64,000 nt of DNA from Candidatus Bathyarchaeota archaeon. Lineage in GTDB: Archaea > Thermoproteota > Bathyarchaeia > Bathyarchaeales > DTEX01. The notes under the pieces are model-generated. The model had not been told where the DNA came from. It was given only the letters and a program-made list of their open reading frames with translations, and searched no databases. Both the position numbers and the translations under genes were made by a program. The stretch spans positions 1,503 to 65,502 of the forward strand of contig JAGTQB010000002.1 in the NCBI GenBank assembly GCA_018396995.1. The letters are read 5' to 3'. Below are positions 19,954 to 30,174 of this stretch, piece after piece. Positions within the stretch are counted from its first letter, which is position 1. Every line of letters begins with the position of its first letter.

Positions 19954-20178
19954 TTACTCTTTCTTCGAGAGCCACCACTGTAGGTACTCCCTTCTAAGCT
20001 TCTTCCTCTCTTCCTCCTCACTAACCTCTTTGCTCCTCCTCAAACTCTCTCTAACTTCAATTAGCTCCTGTAGGGTTAACGTGAGCCCACAGTTCTTGCA
20101 CGAATACTGTTTAATCCGACTTATATAGAGCATCTCTCCTCCACATTCTGGACAGTAGGGCATAACCTTACCCTTCAA
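19954..20178 (-). CDS. Small Zn-ribbon protein
   Basis: CPECGG...YSCKNCG followed by a charged helix and EYLQWWLS. Confidence 0.75.
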   Translation of the reverse strand: MKGKVMPYCPECGGEMLYISRIKQYSCKNCGLTLTLQELIEVRESLRRSKEVSEEEERKKLRREYLQWWLSKKE

Positions 20179-20247
20179 CTACTTAAATAAAGATAATGAC
20201 AAATAGAAATGTCTTTTGCTTAAATGATTGCTTAGATTTCACACCTA

Positions 20248-21168
20248 TTAGCTAGAAATGGCAATGGAGACCTCCTCAAGCATCTCTAACCTCGGTCTAT
20301 GAGACCCATTTGGGATAATCTTCACTAAAGGTCTTGATAGGTAAAGATAAAATGATAGCTTCACGGAGACACCCTTCGCCTCAAAGCTCTTGTTGAGACA
20401 CCGGGCAACACATGCACCCGAATGAATATGCTCAACAACTCCGATTTCCCTACCACAGAGCTTAACTGAGCTACCCCGTGAAACTTTTTCTTCATTCTCT
20501 ATGTGGACCCCAAAGAAACCGTAATGTGGGATGCCCCCATCAATTAGACCAATCTCTCCACACACCTCGACGGGTACTCCATACATTAAATCTCCATCTA
20601 AAGCCATCAAAGCGTACTCTGGCTTCAATCCAACGATTACTCCGCGCATCTCTTCCACAGCTCCAATATTCCCTCCATTGAAAGTGAAATTCCTTTTTAG
20701 TCTAAGCCCACCCCTAGCGCGGATTGGGTCTGATGGTTCTCTTATTTCAACGTGCATATGTGGGTCAGTCCAGTAGTCAAAGAAACCGGATCTTAATAGC
20801 GCTCCTAGGTTATCTCCAACCTTAACGGCGTCACCAACATTTATGAGAGGTTCTAGATGTAGTATCTTAACCCATAATTTTGGGTTCTCTAGGCTTTGCA
20901 TGAGGATAACATAATCATAATTTGTGCTTTTGAAGGATTTTTTCTCCGGGCAGGCTACTCTCCGAATGAGCTTAACTTCTCCGGAGACCGGTGAGGGCGC
21001 TATTGAACCAAAGTCCTCATTTAAATATATGTCGATTGCCGTATAGGTTCTGTGCGCCGGGTATGGACTATTGAAGAAAGAGAACCTCCCATCCCTCGGA
21101 CAATATATTGATACGCCCCCCGAGGAGGCAATCTTCACCATAACACGCCCGCCATAACCTAAGCTCAT
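20248..21168 (-). CDS. Hypothetical protein with peptidase M23/LytM-like metal motifs
   Basis: YPAH...AIDIY, APSPVSGEV, KILHLEP...VGD.V..GD.LG, DPHMHVE (HxH). Confidence 0.6.
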   Translation of the reverse strand: MSLGYGGRVMVKIASSGGVSIYCPRDGRFSFFNSPYPAHRTYTAIDIYLNEDFGSIAPSPVSGEVKLIRRVACPEKKSFKSTNYDYVILMQSLENPKLWVKILHLEPLINVGDAVKVGDNLGALLRSGFFDYWTDPHMHVEIREPSDPIRARGGLRLKRNFTFNGGNIGAVEEMRGVIVGLKPEYALMALDGDLMYGVPVEVCGEIGLIDGGIPHYGFFGVHIENEEKVSRGSSVKLCGREIGVVEHIHSGACVARCLNKSFEAKGVSVKLSFYLYLSRPLVKIIPNGSHRPRLEMLEEVSIAISS

Positions 21169-21241
21169 AACGGCACTTTCACACTTCCCTTTAGCATAAT
21201 TTTCCGGGACAAAAATAGAATTAAAATTTATGGGGAGAAAA

Positions 21242-21505
21242 TTATAACCCCTTAATCTCTATTATATGTCTTCTTTCAAGCCTCTTTAGGGCGTCAAAGA
21301 GCTCACTTTTTTGCTTTCCATTGAAGCTAAAGTATTCGACCATTTCATTTATGGAGGAGTGGGCCGTTCCATATCTTCTTAACCTATTTTGAAGGTACTC
21401 AATTATGAGCCGCTCAATCTTACCGCACTTCCATGTCGTATTCCGCAGGAGGACTACGACGGCCTTGAACATCTTTTGGGTTTCCCTTCGAGATCTTCTA
21501 GCCAT
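21242..21505 (-). CDS. Small basic hypothetical protein (winged-helix-like C-terminus)
   Basis: Clean 87-aa ORF between genes; ends in DALKRLERRHIIEI. Confidence 0.6.
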   Translation of the reverse strand: MARRSRRETQKMFKAVVVLLRNTTWKCGKIERLIIEYLQNRLRRYGTAHSSINEMVEYFSFNGKQKSELFDALKRLERRHIIEIKGL

Positions 21506-21644
21506 CTCTCATCCTAACTAAGAAGATATTTGGTTAAAGTATTTATGCGTTTATGGCAAAGATTATTCCAGCTACACATATTTAATTTACATATGCGATA
21601 ATAATAACTTAATTTTTTAAGAGAGAAATTATCTTTGTGAGTGG

Positions 21645-22307
21645 TTGGTTGTTATGAGGATGCTAATATTTGGTCCGCCCGGCTCTGGGAAGGGAACATA
21701 TGCCTCTAGACTCATGAGTATACTTAGTGTGCCGCATATATCTACTGGGGATCTTGTGCGTGAGGAAATAAAGAGGGGATCAGAGGTTGGGATAGTCGCT
21801 AAGCAGTATGTTGAGAGGGGCGAGCTCGTTCCAGATAAAATAATTATTGATCTCTTGACTGAAAGGCTTCAGAAACCAGATGCTGAGAGAGGCTTTATAC
21901 TTGACGGTTTTCCGAGAACAATTAATCAAGCAATGTTCCTCGAAGAGAACTTTAAGATCGATTTGGTTATTAATCTTGTTGTTCCGGACGAGGTTATAAT
22001 TCAGCGCCTTTCTAATAGGCTGATATGTAAGCGGTGTGGAGCAATATATAATCGGCTCACGCTGCCGCCTAAAGTGGACGAAATATGCGACATATGTGGT
22101 GGAGAATTATATCAGAGGGAGGATGATAGGCCGGAGGTTATAAAGGCGCGCCTAAAAGTGTATAGGGAGAATACCGAGCCACTAATAAACTACTACAGGG
22201 AGAGGGGGCTTCTGCGAGATGTCTACTGCAACGACTTAATGACCCCACCAGATATCATCGTCAGAAAGATACTTGAGATTATTGAGGAAATAAAGAGTGA
22301 GAAATGA
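21645..22307 (+). CDS. adk: Adenylate kinase, bacterial type with Zn lid
   Basis: GPPGSGKGT, HISTGD, GELVPD, FILDGFPRT, CxxC..CxxC lid, QREDD. Confidence 0.95.
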   Translation: MVVMRMLIFGPPGSGKGTYASRLMSILSVPHISTGDLVREEIKRGSEVGIVAKQYVERGELVPDKIIIDLLTERLQKPDAERGFILDGFPRTINQAMFLEENFKIDLVINLVVPDEVIIQRLSNRLICKRCGAIYNRLTLPPKVDEICDICGGELYQREDDRPEVIKARLKVYRENTEPLINYYRERGLLRDVYCNDLMTPPDIIVRKILEIIEEIKSEK

Positions 22308-22335
22308 ACGTATGGTAAGTTAATTGGAGGGTAGG

Positions 22336-23115
22336 TTACCTCCTAAAGTTCCATTCCCTCGTCGAGTATTTTTCATCTCTGAGTTTTGTGGCTAGCTTTT
22401 CCTCAAACTCAGTCACTTCTCCAGGAACCAATTTTATATTAAAGGCTTCTTCAAAGCCCCTTATCAGAGCGCTCTTTAGCTCATCGAAGCTAATTTCCCG
22501 TCCAAGATACTTCTTTATCGAAGTCACCCTCTCCTCAACAGACTTTATCATCTTATCCCTAATTTTCTCACTCGGAACCTTTAATACCGTGAACATAAGC
22601 TTCAGGTTTACATCACGCAGTATTGTGCCGTGCTGGTGAACAACTCCCATACTCCTAGTCTGAGCGTTGCCAGAAATCTTCTTCCCCTCAACAACTATGT
22701 CGTTTATGGGCCTAAATTCCGCCGGGACTCCCAGCACCCTTAAACCCTTAACCAGTCCGGAGCATAGGACTTCATATGTCTTCTGTAGGTCTCTTGATAT
22801 CAGCTGGTGCCCCTCGTCTACAACAATGCTATATGTTAGCTCTCCATCCCTATCATGGTAGACGGCCCCTCCACCAGTCCTCCTCCTAACATATTGTATG
22901 CCTAGCTTGTTGCATGTCTCTATATCGACCTCCTCCTCCATGCTCTGGAAGTATCCTATGGAGACTGCTGACGGCTCCCATCGGAAGAAACGTATTGTGT
23001 TCGGCACGAGCTTTTTAGACCTAGCTATCGCTATAGCTTCATCAAGCGCCATGTTGTAATATGCGTCCCTAAGACCTGTATCTAAAAGTCTCCACTCCTC
23101 AACCACTGCCACCAC
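22336..23115 (-). CDS. lplA: Lipoate-protein ligase A, catalytic domain
   Basis: NMALDEA, SIGYFQ, VRRRTGGGAVYHD, KKISGNAQ, HGT. Confidence 0.93.
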   Translation of the reverse strand: MVAVVEEWRLLDTGLRDAYYNMALDEAIAIARSKKLVPNTIRFFRWEPSAVSIGYFQSMEEEVDIETCNKLGIQYVRRRTGGGAVYHDRDGELTYSIVVDEGHQLISRDLQKTYEVLCSGLVKGLRVLGVPAEFRPINDIVVEGKKISGNAQTRSMGVVHQHGTILRDVNLKLMFTVLKVPSEKIRDKMIKSVEERVTSIKKYLGREISFDELKSALIRGFEEAFNIKLVPGEVTEFEEKLATKLRDEKYSTREWNFRR

Positions 23116-23395
23116 CTGCCTTAACTATACACTTAGCGAAATCTTCTGGGGTTGCGCCCAGCAAGATTACCCCCCTATCCTCTACAAACCGTCTTATAGT
23201 TTCAGCAATAATGTTTTCATTTATCACACATCCCACCAGAGACTTTTCAAGATCCTCGATGAGCTCCTCAGGGTGCATGAAGAAGTCTCCGGTAATCTTT
23301 ATAAAACCTATCCTATTATCCTCCTTGCTGAGCTGGACTTTTATCAGCTTTCCCCCCTCAGCCTTGTACTCCGCCCTCAGCATACAGTCACCCAA
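23099..23395 (-). CDS. Lipoate-protein ligase C-terminal domain as a separate subunit (LplB-like)
   Basis: K..GGKLIKV...IKITGDFFMHPEE.IE.LE..L. Overlaps the lplA start. Confidence 0.88.
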   Translation of the reverse strand: MGDCMLRAEYKAEGGKLIKVQLSKEDNRIGFIKITGDFFMHPEELIEDLEKSLVGCVINENIIAETIRRFVEDRGVILLGATPEDFAKCIVKAGGGSG

Positions 23396-23501
23396 GTGAG
23401 AAGTTTCATAGTATGAATCATAAGTTTAACTTAAAAAAAGTTTATAAAAAAGACTTAAATAAAATCAAAGTTTTAGTATATCGTCAAATAGAGGGATTAT
23501 T

Positions 23502-24704
23502 ATGCCACAAGTCTCAGAGAGAACTAAGCTCCTTGGAACGGAGACAGCCTTTGATGTCCTAAAAGAGGTTGAGGAGTTAACCCGTAGGGGTAAGAGTGTA
23601 ATGAACTTCTGTATTGGGCAGCCGGACTTTGACACACCAGAATATATTAAGGAGGGTGCTATAAAGGCTATAAAGGCGGGGAAAACAGGGTATACGCCAT
23701 CCCCCGGGATACCGGAGCTCAGGGAGGCTGTTGCCCAATTCTTCTCTAAAACTAGAGACATAGACGTTAAGCCCGAGTGGGTTGTTGTCGCCTGTGGGGC
23801 TAAGCCATTCATTGGATATACAATATTGTCTGTGACGGATCCTGGAGTTGGGCATGAGGTGATATATCCTAATCCAGGCTTCCCAATATATGAGTCCCTT
23901 ATAAGGGCTTATGGAGCCGTACCCGTTCCTCTTCCAGTACTTGAGGCTAAGAACTTCAGTATCGACGTGGATTATCTTGAGAAGCTGATTAACGAGAGGA
24001 CTAGGCTCATCATACTTAATTCGCCGCATAATCCTACTGGCGGTGCTCTTGATAAAGATACACTCGAGCAGATAGCTGACATAGTTAAGAGGCACGAGAA
24101 CATATGGGTCTTCTCAGATGAAGTCTACTCTAGTATGGTTTACGAGGGGAAGTTTGTTAGCATAGCGTCAATAGACGGCATGCAGGAGAGAACTATAATT
24201 GTTGATGGTGTCTCAAAGACTTATGCTATGACTGGATGGAGGATAGGGTTTGCAACAAACCCGAAGCTCGCCCCATACTTGGCTAGATGGGTGACGAACA
24301 CAGACTCGTGTGCTCCGCACCCAAATCAATACGCCGCCCTAACAGCCTTAACTGGACCACAAGATGACTCAAAGAGAATGATTGAGCGCTTTAGGCTCCG
24401 GAGAGACCTGATAGTAGATGGCTTAAATAAAATTGAGGGCGTTAGGTGCATAAAGCCTAAGGGAGCCTTCTACGTTTGGCCTAACGTTACTGAAGCATGC
24501 AAAATTGTCGGCGCAAAGGATTCAGAAGAGTTTAGGAAGCGGCTGCTTTATGAAGCTGGCGTCGCAATTTTATCGGACATACATTTTGGACATAAGAATG
24601 AGGGTGAGGGGGAACACGTTAGATTTTCATATGCAGCCTCCGAGGAGAACATTAAAGAGGGCCTGAGGAGACTTAAGGCCTTCATAGAAGAGAACAGAGT
24701 CTAA
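23502..24704 (+). CDS. Class I/II PLP aminotransferase (aspartate aminotransferase-like)
   Basis: IGQPDFDTP, YTPSPGIPELR, NSPHNPTG, SDEVY, SKTYAMTGWRIG. Confidence 0.95.
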   Translation: MPQVSERTKLLGTETAFDVLKEVEELTRRGKSVMNFCIGQPDFDTPEYIKEGAIKAIKAGKTGYTPSPGIPELREAVAQFFSKTRDIDVKPEWVVVACGAKPFIGYTILSVTDPGVGHEVIYPNPGFPIYESLIRAYGAVPVPLPVLEAKNFSIDVDYLEKLINERTRLIILNSPHNPTGGALDKDTLEQIADIVKRHENIWVFSDEVYSSMVYEGKFVSIASIDGMQERTIIVDGVSKTYAMTGWRIGFATNPKLAPYLARWVTNTDSCAPHPNQYAALTALTGPQDDSKRMIERFRLRRDLIVDGLNKIEGVRCIKPKGAFYVWPNVTEACKIVGAKDSEEFRKRLLYEAGVAILSDIHFGHKNEGEGEHVRFSYAASEENIKEGLRRLKAFIEENRV

Positions 24705-24719
24705 CACCGCAGCCCCCAC

Positions 24720-25538
24720 TTATTTTCTTAGCCAATTTTTTAGGGTATATGGGCTTGCCCCCAGAAGCCAGCCGGATAAGACTAATATTGTCGCTGGAAA
24801 TGCTCTGAAATATTGTATAAAGTTATGTGCTATTATGTCGAATAATAAGAAGATTATGCTTATTGAGAGCGCCGTGATGAGGCCTGCCTTTGGGTTATAC
24901 TTTGATACCATACGTGTTGCTATAAGACCTGATAAAAATACGTCGCCTAAGCCGAGTGCAGTTAGTTCCTTTAGTGATGGGAGTCTTGGAAGTAGGATCA
25001 TTAAGGGTAAACCTAATTTCATAATTTTGCCGGCAGCCTCAACCATATGCCCCGTAACAAAGACGTGAAAAACATCCATAACAGTTAATAATCCAGCAAA
25101 AATAATCGTCACCCTCCATGAAAATAATGGGCTTAAGAGTGTAACCGCTATTATCGCAAAAATTGCTGAGAATATATCTGTTATCAAAATAACTGCCAGA
25201 ACATCCTCTATTAATAGGAGATTTAGGAGTAGTAAGGCTGCTATAAATATTATGGGCGGGATGACCGCTACTATAATTTTTTTCGTGAAGAGGTATGTGA
25301 AGATAAGTAGGGTGTAGGATATTGCTGCTCCAAACAGTATTTGGACGGCGTATCCCGGAATCAGACCCATTACCGTGACGAGGATTCCCATAAAAATGAC
25401 AATGACTATTACTTCACGTATACTGATTTCTTTACTCCCAAAGAACTCCTTAATCCTCCCCATAGCCCTCCCGTATACCAGGACTGATAACATGATTATT
25501 GTGAAGAGTGATATTGGAAGTAGAAAGTTAACTTCCAT
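24720..25538 (-). CDS. Presenilin/signal-peptide-peptidase-like GxGD intramembrane aspartyl protease
   Basis: Multi-TM protein with LTVMDV (first Asp), LGLGD and FPAT (PAL-like) motifs in the expected order. Confidence 0.75.
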   Translation of the reverse strand: MEVNFLLPISLFTIIMLSVLVYGRAMGRIKEFFGSKEISIREVIVIVIFMGILVTVMGLIPGYAVQILFGAAISYTLLIFTYLFTKKIIVAVIPPIIFIAALLLLNLLLIEDVLAVILITDIFSAIFAIIAVTLLSPLFSWRVTIIFAGLLTVMDVFHVFVTGHMVEAAGKIMKLGLPLMILLPRLPSLKELTALGLGDVFLSGLIATRMVSKYNPKAGLITALSISIIFLLFDIIAHNFIQYFRAFPATILVLSGWLLGASPYTLKNWLRK

Positions 25539-25560
25539 GAGACTCTCACCTAAAAAAGAC

Positions 25561-27099
25561 TCAGCGGCTCTGCCCCCTTAGCTTGGCGTGGCTCATCGGG
25601 TCATTCATCACCCTCGGGATCCAATTGATAAGATCTGAAGCAACCATATGATAACCCTTCTCCTCCCTCACAAAGTCTCCAGCAGCCCCATTAATGAATG
25701 CTCCAGCCACGGCTGCCTCAAATGGGCTAATACCCTGAGCTAAAAGTGCTCCCACTATTCCAGAGAGGACATCACCTGTGCCGCCGACCGTCATCCCGGG
25801 GTTCCCAGTAAAATTAAACTTTACCCTATCGCCATCAGAAATTATGTCCACGTGAGACTTTAATAGGATGACAGCGTTGAGCTGCTTGGCCTGTCTCTTT
25901 ATATACTCGGCTCTCTCCTCAGGCTTACTGGGCAGCTTCTCTCCGGTTAAGATTGCGTATTCGCCGGCATGTGGTGTAAGGACGGCTGGGGTTTTGAGAC
26001 TATGCTTAAAAGTTGCAAATGCCTTAAGACCATCAGCATCCAAGAGGATTGGGATACCCCTACCCTCAGCCTCCTCTATTATCTTCCCCACAGCCTCTTG
26101 GGTCTCCTTATGGAGGCCCAGGCCCGGACCTATAACGATGGCTGTAGCCCTCTCCATATAACCCCTTATCACCGAGAGGTTCCGCGTACTTAAGTAGTCA
26201 CCCTCAAGTTTAATTGTTATCAAGTCTGGTGAGATGGATGAGATTGCGTAAGCGGTCTCGCGTGGGGTAGCTATGTAAACTAGGTCCACACCAGCTCTCA
26301 GGGCTGCTAGGGCTGTTAGGGTTGGAGCACCGCTGAAGGTCTCGCTGCCGCCGATCACTAGGAGCCTTCCAAAGTCTCCTTTATGAGCCTCCGGTGGCCT
26401 AGGCTTTATAACCATTAGAACGTCCCCGGGTCCTGCAAACGTCTCTATTTCTTCAGGGATTCCAATAGATTTAACAACCAGCTCCCCTACATACTCCTTA
26501 GCTTTCAATAGTCCTGGCTTAGCCTTGTGGAAAGTAACTGTTAGATGGGCTTTGACAGCTTCCCCTAAAGCTTCACCAGTATCCGAATTTATTCCACTTG
26601 GGATGTCTACTGCAACCCGATAGGAGTCCATCTCATTAATCCTCCTTATAAGTATGGATATTGGTGGACGTGGCGGTCTCTCTAAGCCTATGCCTAGGAG
26701 AGCATCTATCACTATATCCGCCTTAACATCCGGGATGAGTGTTGAATCATAAACCTCAATAATATTGATTGACCTGCGGAGGCTTTTTAGGGCCTCCCAA
26801 TTTTTCCTCGCCTCATCATTAATTATATCTGAACCCCTCCCAGCTAGTATCACGTCAACCCTAAATCCCATACCTACTAAGTGTCTCGCTGCAACGAATC
26901 CATCTCCTCCATTCCCGCCAAGACCACAGAATACTGCAATCTTTTCGTCTCCCCGCTTAGCGCGTAATGCTACCTCCTCAGCAACACCCCTCCCAGCATT
27001 CTCCATAAGCTGGAGCCTAGAGATGCCGAAGTATTCGGCATTTATGTCCAATGCACGCATATCCCTAGTCGTTATTACCCTCTCATCCGGCATAGGCAT
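25561..27099 (-). CDS. nnr: Bifunctional NAD(P)H-hydrate epimerase/dehydratase
   Basis: LMENAG, G.GGNGGDG, AVDIPSG, HKGDFGR, IGPGLG, DADGL, LTPHAGE, GGTGDVLSG. Confidence 0.96.
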   Translation of the reverse strand: MPMPDERVITTRDMRALDINAEYFGISRLQLMENAGRGVAEEVALRAKRGDEKIAVFCGLGGNGGDGFVAARHLVGMGFRVDVILAGRGSDIINDEARKNWEALKSLRRSINIIEVYDSTLIPDVKADIVIDALLGIGLERPPRPPISILIRRINEMDSYRVAVDIPSGINSDTGEALGEAVKAHLTVTFHKAKPGLLKAKEYVGELVVKSIGIPEEIETFAGPGDVLMVIKPRPPEAHKGDFGRLLVIGGSETFSGAPTLTALAALRAGVDLVYIATPRETAYAISSISPDLITIKLEGDYLSTRNLSVIRGYMERATAIVIGPGLGLHKETQEAVGKIIEEAEGRGIPILLDADGLKAFATFKHSLKTPAVLTPHAGEYAILTGEKLPSKPEERAEYIKRQAKQLNAVILLKSHVDIISDGDRVKFNFTGNPGMTVGGTGDVLSGIVGALLAQGISPFEAAVAGAFINGAAGDFVREEKGYHMVASDLINWIPRVMNDPMSHAKLRGQSR

Positions 27100-27162
27100 A
27101 CTGTTACACCACGATAAAAATTAGAAAGATTTTAATATTATATAAACTAAAGTGTATCTTGG

Positions 27163-27417
27163 GTGCCGGAGATGCCGGTGGCATTTGTGTTAATAAATTC
27201 AGAGATTGGTTCAGAAGGGGAAGTTTTGAATGAGCTTAAAAAGGTTGATGGTGTTGAGGAAGCATACAGTGTCTATGGGGTCTATGATATAATTGCTAAG
27301 GTTAGGGCTGAATCAATGGAGAAGCTTAAAGATATAGTTACGTGGAAAATTCGCAGGATAAATAAGGTTAGATCAACATTGACGATGATAGTTATTGAGG
27401 AAATGAAGAGAGAATAA
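27163..27417 (+). CDS. Stand-alone Lrp/AsnC ligand-binding (RAM) domain protein
   Basis: AFVLIN...V.EAY.VYGVYDIIAKV...IR....VRSTLTMI, with no HTH. Confidence 0.9.
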   Translation: MPEMPVAFVLINSEIGSEGEVLNELKKVDGVEEAYSVYGVYDIIAKVRAESMEKLKDIVTWKIRRINKVRSTLTMIVIEEMKRE

Positions 27418-27610
27418 ACTGAGATTTTGTATGAAAATTTATTTGCCGTCAGTTTAACTCTGATCTATCATCTAATCAATTAAATGCCTTTTCTTCATCC
27501 GGCAAGAATAAATTCATATTGGAGAATATATTAGCGTTGCCCCCAAAGAAACATGAAATAACCTTTGCTTAGCAATAAGTATTTTTAGTAGTGGGGTTTA
27601 GTAATTAGGT

Positions 27611-28009
27611 ATGATTCCTTGGGAGCAGATTCTTCGCTTAATTCTAGCCGTGATCATGGGTCTCGCCATTGGTCTTGAGAGGGAGAAGTCTCATAAGCCA
27701 GCTGGATTAAGGACTCACATGCTTGTCTGTTTAGGTTCATGTCTCTTCACATTAGTCTCACTAGAGTTTGGCTTAGACCCGGCGAGAGTGGCTTCTGGCG
27801 TGGTTGCTGGCATCGGTTTTCTCGGAGCTGGGGCGATAATAGCTGAGCGGGAGAGGGTTGTTGGCTTAACTACGGCGGCCAGTCTATGGGTGACCGCGGC
27901 GATAGGCTTAACAGTTGGTGTTGGAAACTATATTTTAGCGATCGTATCGGCGATTCTCACGTTACTTATATTGTTCTCCCGTGCAATCTTCAAAAAGAAC
28001 TTATTTTAG
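27611..28009 (+). CDS. MgtC/SapB family membrane protein
   Basis: IGLERE...PAGLRTHMLVCLGS, GIGFLGAG, GLTTAASLW. Confidence 0.93.
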   Translation: MIPWEQILRLILAVIMGLAIGLEREKSHKPAGLRTHMLVCLGSCLFTLVSLEFGLDPARVASGVVAGIGFLGAGAIIAERERVVGLTTAASLWVTAAIGLTVGVGNYILAIVSAILTLLILFSRAIFKKNLF

Positions 28010-28023
28010 AGGTTTATCTATAG

Positions 28024-29382
28024 ATGCGTGCTGACATGCTGCATATAGGCTTTGATGACACCGACTCCCCTAGGATGGGTTGCACAACATATGTTGCAGC
28101 CCTCATAATAGAGAAGCTAACTGAGATGGGCATTAGGTTCATAGATTACCCAAACTTAATTAGATTGAACCCCAATGTCCCCTGGAAGACACGCGGGAAT
28201 GGCGCCCTATGCCTTAGGGTTCTATGTGAGGACAATCTCTATGATGATGTAAAGGAGACTGTGGCCGAGATCATTGAAGAGAACTCAGATCTCGAGTATG
28301 AGGGAACGGAGCCTGGGGTAGTGTTTTTAAGGGGTGATGTCCCCCAGAAGATCAGGGAATTCGCTAGAGAGGCTATCCAGGGGATCGTGAGCATAAAGAG
28401 CGCACTGAAACTAATAAGGGTGTCTGGAGCGGAGGCAATAGGCTATAAATCTGGGCGTGGCATAATTGGTGGGCTAGCCGCTGTAGGAGAGCTCCTCTTA
28501 GGAGACCATACCTTCGAGTTAATAGCTTACAGGAGGAGGGAGTTTTGGGGGACGCCTAGAAGAATCGATAAATCATCCGTTCTAGAAATGGATAAGAGAA
28601 TGAGAAACCAAACTTTCAACAATGTTGATCCAGAGACCGGCCGGATCTTGATAACACCCAGGGGGCCGGATCCAGTGCTTTATGGCATTAGGGGTGAGAG
28701 CCCAGAAGCCGTGAAGACAGCCCATGAAATGATCCGCTCCCATGAACCCATTGAGCGCTGGGTTATCTTTAGAACAAATCATGGCACAGACGCCCACTTG
28801 AAAACAGTTCCATGGATAAAGGATGTCAAACCATATCGCCCAGTAATTGTTCAGGGAACGGTTGAGCGTCCTCCTAAAATAATTCCTGGAGGCCACGTCA
28901 TATTTAGGATTAGGGATGAGAGCGGAGCTATAGACTGCGCGGTTTATGAGCAGGGAGGAGCGCTTAGGAGGGTGGCCAGCGGGTTAATTGAGGGTGATGT
29001 GGTGAGGGTTTATGGTGGTGTCCGCCCTCCTTCAAACGGGAACCCCATAACAATAAATATTGAGAAGATTGAGGTTATCAGCTTAGCCGAGAAAGTGGTT
29101 TTCCAGAACCCCCTCTGCCCTGTCTGCGGAAAGAGGTTGAAGTCTATGGGTAGAGGAAAGGGGTTTGAGTGCTATAAGTGCGGCTTCCATGGGCCGAATC
29201 TCACTAAGATGGCCATTAGGGTTGAAAGGGATATTAGGCCGGGCTTGTATATTGCGCCTCCCAGATCTGAGAGACACCTAACAAAACCATTATCGAGGTA
29301 TGGTCTTGAGAAGAGATGGACTGAGGGCTTTAGGATAATGCGTTCTGAGGAGTTTTGGGGTAAGCCGCACCAGTCTCCTTAG
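28024..29382 (+). CDS. tiaS: tRNA(Ile2) agmatinylcytidine synthetase
   Basis: IGFDDTDS..MGCTTY, LIRLNPNVPWKTRGNG, GPDPVLYGIRG, TNHGTDAH, Zn ribbon, RHLTKPL.R. Confidence 0.96.
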   Translation: MRADMLHIGFDDTDSPRMGCTTYVAALIIEKLTEMGIRFIDYPNLIRLNPNVPWKTRGNGALCLRVLCEDNLYDDVKETVAEIIEENSDLEYEGTEPGVVFLRGDVPQKIREFAREAIQGIVSIKSALKLIRVSGAEAIGYKSGRGIIGGLAAVGELLLGDHTFELIAYRRREFWGTPRRIDKSSVLEMDKRMRNQTFNNVDPETGRILITPRGPDPVLYGIRGESPEAVKTAHEMIRSHEPIERWVIFRTNHGTDAHLKTVPWIKDVKPYRPVIVQGTVERPPKIIPGGHVIFRIRDESGAIDCAVYEQGGALRRVASGLIEGDVVRVYGGVRPPSNGNPITINIEKIEVISLAEKVVFQNPLCPVCGKRLKSMGRGKGFECYKCGFHGPNLTKMAIRVERDIRPGLYIAPPRSERHLTKPLSRYGLEKRWTEGFRIMRSEEFWGKPHQSP

Positions 29383-29455
29383 AGCAGTATGTAGTATGTT
29401 TTGGAAACCTTTAATTGCATCAACCCTGATATAATTTGGTTGACTAATTAGTAAG

Positions 29456-29824
29456 GTGATGTGGGTAATGAGTGGGGAGGCTCAGCTACCACCAGCCGTT
29501 CAGGAGAGGCTCCTTAGGTTACAGCAACTACAGGAAACGCTCCAAACAATCTTAGCGCAGAAGCAGCAGCTCGACTTAGAGATTCTAGAGATTGATAGGG
29601 CTCTCAGTGAGCTTGAAAAGGCGCCTGACGACATTGTTATTTATAAGTCTATTGGCTCATTGCTAATTAAAACGGATAAGGCTAAGGTTACAAGCGAGCT
29701 TAATGAGAGGAAGGAGCTTGCTTCAATGAGGGTCTCCGTCTTAACTAAGCAGGAGGAGAGGTTGAGGAGTCAAATAAAAGAGCTTCAGGAGAAGCTTCAG
29801 AAAGACTTACGTCCAATGACCTGA
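29456..29824 (+). CDS. pfdB: Prefoldin subunit beta
   Basis: LPPAVQ...QQLQ..LQ....QKQQL, IYKSIGSLLIK beta hairpin, coiled coils. Confidence 0.95.
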   Translation: MMWVMSGEAQLPPAVQERLLRLQQLQETLQTILAQKQQLDLEILEIDRALSELEKAPDDIVIYKSIGSLLIKTDKAKVTSELNERKELASMRVSVLTKQEERLRSQIKELQEKLQKDLRPMT

Positions 29825-29844
29825 TAGCCATTGCTGTCAATGCG

Positions 29845-30174
29845 GTGCCATACTTGGATGAGAGACCGATCTCCTCGCTAACCTATGAAGAGTTAGAGAG
29901 AATTTGTGAGGTGGCTGAGGAAGCTGCTAGAAAATATATTTTCTCTAGGGTTAAGAAGGAGTATATCTCTGACCTATATATTTCCGTTGATTTAGAAGGT
30001 CTTGATGTATTAAATGTTAACGTTGAGGTTGAGATTGAGTTCTCGCCCTTATGTAGGAAGGTAAACGCCAAGGAGATAGCGGATGGCTCCGTTAAAGCCG
30101 CCTTTGAGGCGATCGAGAATCATCTTAAAAAGATTAGAGGCCAGAAAGTTTCTAAGTCCGAGGAGTCCACATGA
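29845..30174 (+). CDS. DUF3194 family protein
   Basis: L.YEELE.ICEVAEEAARKYIFS.V....I.DL.I.V pattern. Directly after pfdB. Confidence 0.75.
   Translation: MPYLDERPISSLTYEELERICEVAEEAARKYIFSRVKKEYISDLYISVDLEGLDVLNVNVEVEIEFSPLCRKVNAKEIADGSVKAAFEAIENHLKKIRGQKVSKSEEST

Noticed and set aside
17859-29382. pdaD and tiaS as a linked agmatidine system
   Set aside because: They are functionally related but about 10 kb apart with unrelated genes between, and the pathway is already well known.
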